A DNA stretch of 64,000 nucleotides from Candidatus Nomurabacteria bacterium RIFCSPHIGHO2_01_FULL_37_25 (GTDB lineage Bacteria > Patescibacteriota > Minisyncoccia > Phycocordibacterales > UBA9973): assembly GCA_001786765.1 (NCBI GenBank), contig MFTH01000008.1:2939-66938 (forward strand), in the 5' to 3' direction. The notes under the pieces were generated by a model, which saw only the letters and a program-made list of their open reading frames with translations, was not told the DNA's origin and searched no databases. The position numbers were made by a program, and so were the translations under genes. This document shows, one piece after another, positions 31,093-39,104 of the stretch; within the stretch, counting starts at the first letter, position 1, and every line of letters begins with the position of its first letter.

Positions 31093-31932
31093 ATGAAAAC
31101 ATATAAACCAACAAGTAAATCACGAAGACAAATGACCCATGTGCTTTACAGGGAACTTTTGACGAAGTCACAACCGACCAAGTCTCTCACTTATGGTTTT
31201 AGACGTTCTGTCGGGAGGAATAGCAGAGGACGCATCACTGTGCGACATAAAGGTGGAGGACACAAACGTCTTTATCGCGAGGTTGATTTTTTATATAATA
31301 AAAAAGAAATTCCGGCTATAATAAAATCTATCGAATATGACCCAAATCGTTCAGCTTTTATTGGGCTAGCTATTTATAAAGACGGAGAAAAGAGATATGT
31401 TATATTGCCTAAATCTATAAAGCCCGGAGACTCTTTTATTGTTTCGGAAAAGGCGCCTCTCTCAGTCGCTAATAGACTTCCTCTTAAAAATATCCCAGTC
31501 GGGACTTTTGTTTATAATATTGAAATACAACCAAATGGTGGAGCGAAGATAGGTCGTTCCGCAGGAATTTTTGCGCAAGTAGTTGCTAATGCTGATGGAT
31601 ATACAAACATTAAAATGCCTTCAACTGAAGTCCGTAAAATAAATGAAAACTGCTTCGCGTGTATCGGTACTGTTTCAAACGAAGAACATCATCTTGAAAA
31701 TTATGGTAAAGCTGGACGAAGTCGCTGGAAGGGAATACGACCGACAGTGCGTGGAACTGCGATGAACCCTGTTGACCATCCGTACGGAGGTGGAGAAGGC
31801 AGACAAGGACGCGGAACAAAACGTCCAAAGACTATGTGGGGCAAAGTAACCGGCGGAAGAAAAACCCGCAGTCCAAAGAGATACTCAAATGTCTTTATTG
31901 TTTCTCGTCGTAAGACTGGGAAGAATAAATAA
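31093..31932 (+). CDS. rplB: 50S ribosomal protein L2
   Basis: L2 signature (GRNSRGRITVRHKGGGHK...). Confidence 0.95.
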   Translation: MKTYKPTSKSRRQMTHVLYRELLTKSQPTKSLTYGFRRSVGRNSRGRITVRHKGGGHKRLYREVDFLYNKKEIPAIIKSIEYDPNRSAFIGLAIYKDGEKRYVILPKSIKPGDSFIVSEKAPLSVANRLPLKNIPVGTFVYNIEIQPNGGAKIGRSAGIFAQVVANADGYTNIKMPSTEVRKINENCFACIGTVSNEEHHLENYGKAGRSRWKGIRPTVRGTAMNPVDHPYGGGEGRQGRGTKRPKTMWGKVTGGRKTRSPKRYSNVFIVSRRKTGKNK

Positions 31933-31970
31933 ATTTAAAATTTGTATCCTTTTTTGCGCTGTGGTATAAT

Positions 31971-32270
31971 TTGAATCTTATGAAAAAATTAACACTCAAA
32001 GAAATAAATTTACCAGTTACAATATTTAAAGAAGGCAAGAGTTATGTGGCGTATAGCCCTGCTCTTGATCTTTCTACTTGCGCTTCCACTTACAAAAAAG
32101 CGCAAACTAATTTTTCCGAGATTGTTGGAATTTTTATTGAAGAACTTGTAGAAATGGGCACACTGGATGTAGTGCTCCGAGAATTAGGCTGGCAGAAAAT
32201 AAAATCTAACTGGCAACCGCCAGTTGTTGTTTCAAATTATTTTCAACCGATGAATCTTTCGTATGCCTAA
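31971..32270 (+). CDS. hicB: HicB-family antitoxin
   Basis: 99 aa; PVTIFKEGKSYVAYSPALDLSTCAST HicB N-domain pattern; overlaps next ORF. Confidence 0.5.
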   Translation: MNLMKKLTLKEINLPVTIFKEGKSYVAYSPALDLSTCASTYKKAQTNFSEIVGIFIEELVEMGTLDVVLRELGWQKIKSNWQPPVVVSNYFQPMNLSYA

Positions 32271-32493
32271 GAAGCAAAATGTAACGAATAGGCAGTTTCA
32301 ACAATTTTTAATATATGTCGGTTGTTCTTTTAAAAGATCTAAAGGAGATCATTTTGTATATGCGCGTTCCGATTTAATACGCCCTATTATAGTTCCTAAA
32401 GATAATCCTCTACCTCAATTTATTATAAGAAATAATCTTAAATTGCTTGGAATGTCTTGGGAAGAATTTTTCAATATAATTGATAGAATATAA
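32263..32493 (+). CDS. hicA: HicA-family toxin
   Basis: 76 aa; GDHFVY...IIVPKDNPLPQFIIRNNLKLLGMSWEEF matches the HicA/YcfA core. Confidence 0.55.
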   Translation: MPKKQNVTNRQFQQFLIYVGCSFKRSKGDHFVYARSDLIRPIIVPKDNPLPQFIIRNNLKLLGMSWEEFFNIIDRI

Positions 32494-32498
32494 ATTAA

Positions 32499-32568
32499 AC
32501 CCGCAGTCCAAAGAGATACTCAAATGTCTTTATTGTTTCTCGTCGTAAGACTGGGAAGAATAAATAAG
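32499..32568 (+). repeat. 70-bp direct duplicate of the rplB 3' end (identical to 31863-31932)
   Basis: aacccgcagtccaaagagatactcaaatgtctttattgtttctcgtcgtaagactgggaagaataaataa present twice, bracketing the hicBA pair. Confidence 0.85.
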
Positions 32569-32609
32569 ACCTCACCTAAACCAAAAATTGTTTTTCCACA
32601 TTTTGCTGT

Positions 32610-32890
32610 TGCATTATTTCAAATATAATGTTAAAAAAACAAGCAGAAAGGGGGTGATGGTGTGGCAGTGATGCAAGTAAAAAGAACTCTTGCTAGAGCA
32701 AGGAAGAAAAAGGACCGCTTCTACTGGCATAAGAAGCGGCAGGCAACACGCTTAAGGAAAAGGAGGGTGAAAAGATGATACTGTTGTGGGGCTCTCTATT
32801 AAGGGGCCCCACTGTTGTTTTTACTCAAATATTTGACATTTTACTCTTATTTGCTACTATAAAACCAAGCTCGATTCGAGCTTTTTGTTT
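32610..32890 (+). ncRNA. candidate structured GC-rich RNA ending in a terminator hairpin
   Basis: no ORF; local GC well above genome average; several perfect hairpins (CCGCTTCT/AGAAGCGG, GGGGCCCC); AAGCTCGATTCGAGCTTTTT terminator at about 32866-32890. Confidence 0.2.
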
Positions 32891-32903
32891 ATATAAATTA
32901 TGA

Positions 32904-33024
32904 TCCCGTTAGAGATTATTCGGTTAAAATTTAACGGTTTATATAATGTATATACTAAAGTGAAATTATTAGTTTTAATAAGAAGACACAACGGAAATCT
33001 AAAGATTTCCTATCTCTAACGGGA
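32904..33024. mobile_element. palindromic element E3 (type B) upstream of rpsS
   Basis: TCCCGTTAGAGAT ... ACGGAAATCTAAAGATTTCCTATCTCTAACGGGA; ATGA on both flanks. Confidence 0.75.
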
Positions 33025-33377
33025 TGACAAGATCAATCAAAAAAGGCGTATATGTGGATGAAAGGCTTTTAAAAAAGATTGCCGGCAAAAATCCTCTTAA
33101 TACAGGAACCATAAAAACATGGAAGAGAGCTTGTGTTATATCTCCCGATATGCTCGGTTTTACTTTTGGTGTTTATAATGGCAAGGTTCATGTGGATGTC
33201 TTTGTTACTGAAGACATGGTGGGGCACAGATTGGGAGAATTTTCTCCAACAAAGAAATTTACAAAACACGGCGGAAAGATGCAGAAAGAACTCGAACAAA
33301 AGAAAATGGAAGCTGAAATAAATGCCGCCAAAGGGGCGACTGCGGCCGCGGCTGACGCCAAGGGCAGTAAAAAGTAG
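33024..33377 (+). CDS. rpsS: 30S ribosomal protein S19 (Lys/Ala-rich C-terminal extension)
   Basis: S19 core motif. Confidence 0.9.
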   Translation: MTRSIKKGVYVDERLLKKIAGKNPLNTGTIKTWKRACVISPDMLGFTFGVYNGKVHVDVFVTEDMVGHRLGEFSPTKKFTKHGGKMQKELEQKKMEAEINAAKGATAAAADAKGSKK

Positions 33378-33383
33378 GAATGA

Positions 33384-33504
33384 ATCCCGTTAGAAGCCAC
33401 GATCGCAATTTGAAAAGAAACAAAAATATGAAATCAAGCATTATAAAAATTAATAATATAAAATATCAGACATGCGAGTTGATCGCGATCTGCTTCTAAC
33501 GGGA
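33384..33504. mobile_element. palindromic element E4 (type A) between rpsS and rplV
   Basis: ~85% identical to E1; flanked by ATGAA/ATGAA. Confidence 0.75.
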
Positions 33505-33896
33505 TGAAAGCATTTTTAAAAAATTACAGACAGGCTCCGAGGAAAGTTCGCTTGGTTGCGAGTCTCTTAAAGGGCAAGAGTGTTGTGGAAGCCCTAGCCG
33601 AGCTTGATTTTTTAGCCAAACGCGCAGGACTGCCTATAAAAAAGCTTTTAATTTCCGCAGTTTCCAATGCAAAATCTATGGGAATTCAAACAGATAATTT
33701 ATTTATAAAAGAATTGCGAGTAGATAAAGGCATAACAATGAAAAGAATGATGCCGGCGGCTATGGGCACAGGACACAGGATAAATAAACGCACGAGCCAT
33801 TTGAATTTGTTGCTCGCAGAAAAAGTTTTAGCAGTTAAAAATTCTCCAAAAAGGACAGTCCTTAAGAGAGTTTCCCCAAGGACCGTCCTTAAGTAA
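33504..33896 (+). CDS. rplV: 50S ribosomal protein L22
   Basis: L22 signature. Confidence 0.9.
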   Translation: MKAFLKNYRQAPRKVRLVASLLKGKSVVEALAELDFLAKRAGLPIKKLLISAVSNAKSMGIQTDNLFIKELRVDKGITMKRMMPAAMGTGHRINKRTSHLNLLLAEKVLAVKNSPKRTVLKRVSPRTVLK

Positions 33897-33900
33897 TAAC

Positions 33901-34614
33901 ATGTCAAAAATAGTTCATCCATACGCCCATAGATTAGTAATACTTCGAGACTGGAAAAGTCGCTGGTTTGCTGATTCGAAAAAATACGTTTCTTATTTAA
34001 AAGGGGACGTCCTTATACGTCAATATTTAGAAAAGAAATTGCGTGGCATGTATATTTCTTCAATTGAAATTGAAAGAAGCCGAAAAGCGACTAGGTTTAT
34101 AATCAAAACTTCTCGACCCGGTCTTATCATAGGCAGGAATGGCGAAGGAGCAACAAAATTAAAAGAAGATATTTTGAAAAAAATGGATAAATTGAAACTT
34201 CCAAAGCCGGAAGATTTCAAACTTGAAATTATTGAAGTAACAAATCCAGAAGCCGATGCCGCGATTGTGGCATATATGATTGCCGAAGGGTTAGAGAAAA
34301 GATTGCCATATCGTCGTGTTATTAAAACAATTATTGAAAAAGTTATGGCGGCGCGCGGAGTAGAAGGAGCGAGAGTGGTTCTCTCAGGCAGGTTGGGAGG
34401 AGCTGACATTGCTCGCACAGAAGAGCTCAAACGCGGGTCTATTCCGCTTCAGAGTTTCCGCGCTGATATTGATTTCAAGCGCGAGCGCGCCACTTTGTCT
34501 TATGGTGTTGTCGGCATAAAGGTTTGGATTTATCGCGGTAAAATTTTTGCCGACAAGAATATGAAAAATACAAAAAAGAACGAAATATTAGAAAATAAAA
34601 CAAAGTCTGATTAA
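33901..34614 (+). CDS. rpsC: 30S ribosomal protein S3
   Basis: KH plus S3-C domains. Confidence 0.9.
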   Translation: MSKIVHPYAHRLVILRDWKSRWFADSKKYVSYLKGDVLIRQYLEKKLRGMYISSIEIERSRKATRFIIKTSRPGLIIGRNGEGATKLKEDILKKMDKLKLPKPEDFKLEIIEVTNPEADAAIVAYMIAEGLEKRLPYRRVIKTIIEKVMAARGVEGARVVLSGRLGGADIARTEELKRGSIPLQSFRADIDFKRERATLSYGVVGIKVWIYRGKIFADKNMKNTKKNEILENKTKSD

Positions 34615-34618
34615 TTTT

Positions 34619-35047
34619 ATGTTAGTACCTAAAAAAGTAAAATTTAGAAAATGGCAGACTATGCGTAGTAATCCTAAAAAGACTTCGCCCGACACTCGCG
34701 GGACAAAACTTTCTTTTGGCTCTTATGGTCTAAAATCAGAAAGTCAAACACGCATCAAGTCGACCCAGATTGAAGCTGCCCGAAAGGTAATAGCCCGAAC
34801 ACTTACTAAAGCCGGTAAGTATTGGATTCGTATTTTCCCAGATCGTCCTTATACTTCTAAAGCCGCAGAGATGGGTATGGGAAAAGGTAAAGGGGATCCG
34901 CAAGGATATTGTTTTGATGTTTTTCCCGGACGCATCATTTTTGAAGTGGATGGAGTAAATGAAAAAATCGCCAAGGAGGCGCTTAGAAAGGCTGGTAGTA
35001 AATTGCCAATCTCTGTTAGAATTATGTCCAGAACGCATAAGCAGTAG
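34619..35047 (+). CDS. rplP: 50S ribosomal protein L16
   Basis: L16 signature. Confidence 0.9.
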   Translation: MLVPKKVKFRKWQTMRSNPKKTSPDTRGTKLSFGSYGLKSESQTRIKSTQIEAARKVIARTLTKAGKYWIRIFPDRPYTSKAAEMGMGKGKGDPQGYCFDVFPGRIIFEVDGVNEKIAKEALRKAGSKLPISVRIMSRTHKQ

Positions 35048-35062
35048 GTTGCGAAAAAATAT

Positions 35063-35263
35063 ATGAAAAATAAAAAAGAAAACTTGAAAGATATGAAAAA
35101 AGACGAACTCAACAAAAAGCTCGCTGTTTTACGAGAAAATGCAAGAGTTATAAGGTTTAAGTCTGAAGGTTCAAAATCAAAAAATGTGAAAGAACTTTCA
35201 GTTTTAAGGAAAAACATAGCTCGGATTTTAACGGAAATCAACCGTCAAAAAGTTATGAAGTAA
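35063..35263 (+). CDS. rpmC: 50S ribosomal protein L29
   Basis: size and position. Confidence 0.8.
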   Translation: MKNKKENLKDMKKDELNKKLAVLRENARVIRFKSEGSKSKNVKELSVLRKNIARILTEINRQKVMK

Positions 35264-35277
35264 TTTTTATAAAAAAA

Positions 35278-35535
35278 ATGACAACAAAAATAGAAAGAAA
35301 AAATAAAAAAGGAAAAGGTAGCATCTTAAACGGGGTGGTGGTTTCAGACAAAATGGAAAAGACTGTTGTTGTAACTGTATCCAGATTTATCAAGCATCCC
35401 TTGTATGGTAAATATTATAAAGTGAGCAAAAAATACAAAGCGCATGACGAGGAAAATAAATATAAAGTGGGAGATAATATAGAGATAGTTGAGACAAAAC
35501 CAATTTCAAAAGACAAACATTTTGCCGTAATTTAA
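35278..35535 (+). CDS. rpsQ: 30S ribosomal protein S17
   Basis: S17 motif. Confidence 0.85.
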   Translation: MTTKIERKNKKGKGSILNGVVVSDKMEKTVVVTVSRFIKHPLYGKYYKVSKKYKAHDEENKYKVGDNIEIVETKPISKDKHFAVI

Positions 35536-35665
35536 CGAACGAAGTGAGTATAAATTACGAGCATCCCGCCCCACTTTTAACATTAACATTTATTATCAAA
35601 TAAAAATTTTACAAACAATGAATTTTAAGTTAGTATCAAATTAATTATTAAAAGTGGAGCGGGAT
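35531..35665. mobile_element. palindromic element E5 (type C; arms CATCCCGCCCCACTTTTAA / TTAAAAGTGGAGCGGGATG)
   Basis: ~135-bp repeat, ~85% identical to E6, directly after the rpsQ stop. Confidence 0.7.
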
Positions 35666-35706
35666 GACGATTTTTATAGTCATTTCATTCCTTAAAAATC
35701 AGTCAT

Positions 35707-36078
35707 ATGATTCAAGCAGGCACATGGGTAAAAATAACAGATAACGCCGGAGGCACTGTAGGCAAAGTGTTCAAGATTTTAGGGTCTTCTAAAAAAAGAT
35801 ATGCTTCTTTGGGTGAACAAGTGATTATTGCCGTAAAGGTGGCAAGTCCCAGAAAGGGAGTTAAAAAGAAAGATGTGCATCAGGCGGTCATTGTGCGTAC
35901 CAGAGCTGCCTTTAGGAGAAAGGATGGATCTTATATTCGTTTTGATGATAATGCTGTGGTTCTTATAGAAAAAGGAAAGCTTGATCCAAAGGCTGGGCGT
36001 ATTTTCGGGCCAATTCCGAGAGAGCTCGCCGAGAAGGGATTTCAGAAAATTATTTCTTTAGCGCAGGAGGTCCTGTAA
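35707..36078 (+). CDS. rplN: 50S ribosomal protein L14
   Basis: MIQ...L14 signature. Confidence 0.9.
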   Translation: MIQAGTWVKITDNAGGTVGKVFKILGSSKKRYASLGEQVIIAVKVASPRKGVKKKDVHQAVIVRTRAAFRRKDGSYIRFDDNAVVLIEKGKLDPKAGRIFGPIPRELAEKGFQKIISLAQEVL

Positions 36079-36083
36079 ATTAA

Positions 36084-36215
36084 TGAACGGAGTGAATATA
36101 ATTTACAAGGATCCCGCCTCACTTTTAACACTAACATTCATAGATCAATTAAAATTTTACAAGCAATGAACTTTAAGTTATTATAAAAATTAAGTATTAA
36201 AAGTGGGGCGGGATG
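36084..36215. mobile_element. palindromic element E6 (type C) between rplN and rplX
   Basis: paralogue of E5. Confidence 0.7.
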
Positions 36216-36250
36216 CTCAAATTTGAAATTCGCTTCGCTCATAACAAATT

Positions 36251-36469
36251 ATGACAAAAATCAAAAAAGGAGACAATGTAACAATAATAACCGGCAAAGA
36301 TAAAGGTAAAAAAGGAAAAATCGTCCGTGTTTTGGTGAGTGAAAATAAAGTCATTATTGAAGGAGCGAATATGATGAAAAAACATCAGCGTCCGAGAAAG
36401 TCTGGTGAAAAAGGAAGTATAAAAAATATTGAGATGCCAATACATGCTTCCAATGTTAAGAAATTATAA
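36251..36469 (+). CDS. rplX: 50S ribosomal protein L24 (short KOW form)
   Basis: KKGDNVTIITGKDKGKKGKI KOW motif. Confidence 0.85.
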   Translation: MTKIKKGDNVTIITGKDKGKKGKIVRVLVSENKVIIEGANMMKKHQRPRKSGEKGSIKNIEMPIHASNVKKL

Positions 36470-36490
36470 ATAGAGTAAGAAGGGATGAAA

Positions 36491-36611
36491 TCCCGTTAGA
36501 GATCCTTCAGTTAAAATAATCAATAGAGTAAAAATATTATGATAAGTTTAAATAAATTATTAATAGTTATAAAAAGAACGGAAATCTAAAGATTTCCTAT
36601 CTCTAACGGGA
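36491..36611. mobile_element. palindromic element E7 (type B) between rplX and rplE
   Basis: same TIRs as E3/E8; flanked by ATGAAA/ATGAAA. Confidence 0.75.
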
Positions 36612-37186
36612 TGAAACATTTAATTATAAAAGAAAAAGAGAAAGAAGTGTTTGAAAAAATGAAAGAAATTTTTCGTTTCAAAAATACTTTTGCCTCTCCA
36701 AAAATGCAAAAGATTGTGTTAAATGTCGGCACGGGGACAGCTATAAAAAAAGATAAGAATAAAAATGACGAAATATCTCTTCGTCTAGCGAAAATTACTG
36801 GGCAAAAGCCGGTTACTAGGGGTGCTAAGCATTCAATCGCATCTTTCAAAACCAGAGCGGGTGACCCAATAGGAATTGTTGTAACACTGCGAGGAAAAAG
36901 GATGTATGCTTTTTTAGAAAAACTTATCAATGTCGCTTTGCCTCGCACGAAAGACTTTCGCGGTATCGCTCGTACGGGAGTAGATAATATAGGCAATCTC
37001 ACTATCGGTATAAAGGAGCACACTATTTTCCCAGAAACAGCTGATGAGGACATTCGGGATATCTTTGGTATGTCTATTACTTTGGTTTCTTCCGCAAAAA
37101 ATAAAAAAGAAGGCACAGCTTTCTTTGAGCTTTTAGGCGTGCCTTTGAAGAAAGAAGAGTCTGTTCGCAAGATTAAGCAAGGATAA
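36611..37186 (+). CDS. rplE: 50S ribosomal protein L5
   Basis: L5 signature. Confidence 0.9.
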   Translation: MKHLIIKEKEKEVFEKMKEIFRFKNTFASPKMQKIVLNVGTGTAIKKDKNKNDEISLRLAKITGQKPVTRGAKHSIASFKTRAGDPIGIVVTLRGKRMYAFLEKLINVALPRTKDFRGIARTGVDNIGNLTIGIKEHTIFPETADEDIRDIFGMSITLVSSAKNKKEGTAFFELLGVPLKKEESVRKIKQG

Positions 37187-37246
37187 GGGCAAGCAAGGAT
37201 AATCCTTGATATTTTAATTCTTGATATTTTTTACTGAAAAATTTAT

Positions 37247-37275
37247 TTGACTATTTTTGTTTCTTTTGATAGTAT
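37247..37275 (+). promoter_or_regulatory. internal promoter-like TTGACT-N17-TAGTAT between rplE and rpsZ
   Basis: consensus hexamers with 17-nt spacer inside a 267-nt AT-rich spacer; TAGCTA palindrome arrays follow. Confidence 0.35.
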
Positions 37276-37453
37276 GAAAGAGTCTAGGATATAGATTGAT
37301 CTGTGTTTCTCCTTAAGGTCTAACAGTTTTTTCTGGGATTTTAAGAAAAAATACACGATATCGTCTAGTATCTGGATAGCTAATTAGCTTATGCCTTATA
37401 GCTAATTAGGAAATTCAAAGCTAGAAAGCTAAGTAGCTAATAAGTTAATTCAT

Positions 37454-37639
37454 ATGACAAAAACATCAGTCAAAGCTAGAGCCTTAAAGACACAGAAGTT
37501 TAGCACTCGGCAAAAAAACCGATGTTTTCGTTGTGGTCGAGGTAACGCTTTCATGAGAGATTTCGGTCTATGTCGTATTTGTTTTAGAGAATTGGCAAAC
37601 GAAGGAATGTTGCCGGGTGTTCGTAAATCAAGTTGGTAG
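37454..37639 (+). CDS. rpsZ: 30S ribosomal protein S14 type Z (zinc-binding)
   Basis: 61 aa with CxxC...CxxC. Confidence 0.85.
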   Translation: MTKTSVKARALKTQKFSTRQKNRCFRCGRGNAFMRDFGLCRICFRELANEGMLPGVRKSSW

Positions 37640-37653
37640 TTCATAAAATCATT

Positions 37654-38070
37654 ATGGATTCAATTTCAAATATGATAATAATGTTAAAAAACGCAAGCTT
37701 GGCAGGCAAAGAGTCTGTATTCTTGCCATATTCTAAAATGAGAAATGCGATTGCGGAATGTTTAAAGAAAGAAGGATATGTTTCCAACATTTCCAAAAAA
37801 GTTTCTACTCGAGGCGGGTCCGTTTCAAACACAAAAAACAAACAGTCAATTCTCGAAGTAGGGTTAATGTACATTGACAAGAAGCCAAAAATTGTGGAAG
37901 TTGAGAGAATTTCTAAACAATCGAGGCGTGTTTATTTTAGAATAAAAGATATTCATACGGTTAAGAATGGTTCAGGATTACTCGTGCTTTCAACACCTAA
38001 GGGAATTTTGTCAGGTAGAGAAGCTCGCAAAGAGCAAGTCGGCGGTGAAGCATTGTTTAAAATTTGGTAG
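37654..38070 (+). CDS. rpsH: 30S ribosomal protein S8
   Basis: S8 signature; start at MDSISNM. Confidence 0.85.
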   Translation: MDSISNMIIMLKNASLAGKESVFLPYSKMRNAIAECLKKEGYVSNISKKVSTRGGSVSNTKNKQSILEVGLMYIDKKPKIVEVERISKQSRRVYFRIKDIHTVKNGSGLLVLSTPKGILSGREARKEQVGGEALFKIW

Positions 38071-38071
38071 C

Positions 38072-38115
38072 CCCGACGTAAAGTCGGGGTCCCGACCGAA
38101 AGCGTCGGGATTAAC
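38072..38115. repeat. tandem GC-rich double hairpin (second copy) between rpsH and rplF
   Basis: ccccgacgtaaagtcggggtcccgaccgaaagcgtcggga; second half near-identical to the rplC copy. Confidence 0.7.
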
Positions 38116-38132
38116 AAAAAATAAAAATTATA

Positions 38133-38677
38133 TGAGTAGAATAGGAAAACAAGAAATACAAATACCAAAAGGAGTTGAAGTCACAAAAAATGGTGACATT
38201 TTGAAAGTTGCAGGACCTAAAGGAACACTCGTTAAAACTTTTCGTGATGATATTATTTTCAATATAGGAGATAAAACAATTACATTGAATACAAAAAGAA
38301 ACGATAAATTTTCCAAATCTCTTTGGGGTACTTATGTTTCGCATATAAAAAATATGATTATTGGCGTAGAGACGCCATATCAAAAGAAATTAATATTAGA
38401 AGGCGTCGGATTCAAATCTGAAGTCAAATCCGAAGGAAAGAATAATTTTTTTAACTTTGCGTTAGGATTTTCTCATCCGGTCATTGTAAAAATCCCAGAC
38501 ACGATCACTGCTACGGCTGAAAAAAATAATATTACAATTACTGGGATTGATAAAGAATTGGTCGGAAGTTTTGCCGCGGCTATTCGCGCGCTGAAGAAGC
38601 CGGAACCTTACAAAGGCAAAGGAATGCGTTATGAAGGTGAAGTTATTAGACGTAAGCAGGGGAAAAAGACGGTGTAG
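38133..38677 (+). CDS. rplF: 50S ribosomal protein L6
   Basis: MSRIGKQEIQIPKGVEV L6 N-terminus; the listed ORF start at 37967 is a spurious upstream extension. Confidence 0.85.
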
Positions 38678-38714
38678 AATAGCTTATAGCTAACTAGCTA
38701 AAAAGCTTAAAATT

Positions 38715-39080
38715 ATGAAAAAGAAGCAAGACAAAAGAATAAGATTGAAGAAAAAAATTAGAGCAAAAATCAAAGGCACTTCGGCGCGTCCAAGGCTTTC
38801 TGTTTTTCGTTCTAATAAATTTATTTATGCGCAAGTCATCGATGATATCTTGGGTAAGACTTTGGCGGAAGCGAATGACTTGCCTCGCCGAGCCGAGCCG
38901 GGTGTAAAAATAACAAAAGGCACGAAATCAGAAAGAGCTAGAGAAGTAGGTCGGATGATTGGTCAAGCTTGTTTGCAAATAAAAATTAACAAAGTTGTTT
39001 TTGACCGAAATGGATTTAAGTATACTGGACGAATAAAATTAGTGGCAGATGAAGCGAGAACTGCTGGACTTAAATTCTAA
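38715..39080 (+). CDS. rplR: 50S ribosomal protein L18
   Basis: L18 signature. Confidence 0.85.
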   Translation: MKKKQDKRIRLKKKIRAKIKGTSARPRLSVFRSNKFIYAQVIDDILGKTLAEANDLPRRAEPGVKITKGTKSERAREVGRMIGQACLQIKINKVVFDRNGFKYTGRIKLVADEARTAGLKF

Positions 39081-39104
39081 ATATTTATAAATAAATTAAA
39101 AAAA

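Noticed and set aside
32570-32900. RNase P RNA or SRP RNA in the GC-rich spacer
   Set aside because: The universal P4 motif (AGGAAAGTCCGGGCTC / ACAGAANCCGGCTTA) and the SRP domain IV GGAAGCAGCC motif are absent.
29213-36611. Could the regularly recurring inverted repeats be a CRISPR array?
   Set aside because: Units are 100-135 bp palindromes separated by whole genes (400-900 bp). There are no short uniform direct repeats with unique spacers and no cas genes, so this is not a CRISPR.
37967-38132. Upstream extension of the rplF ORF running through the end of rpsH
   Set aside because: It overlaps rpsH in another frame and translates the GC-rich double hairpin. The L6 N-terminus MSRIGKQE starts at 38133.
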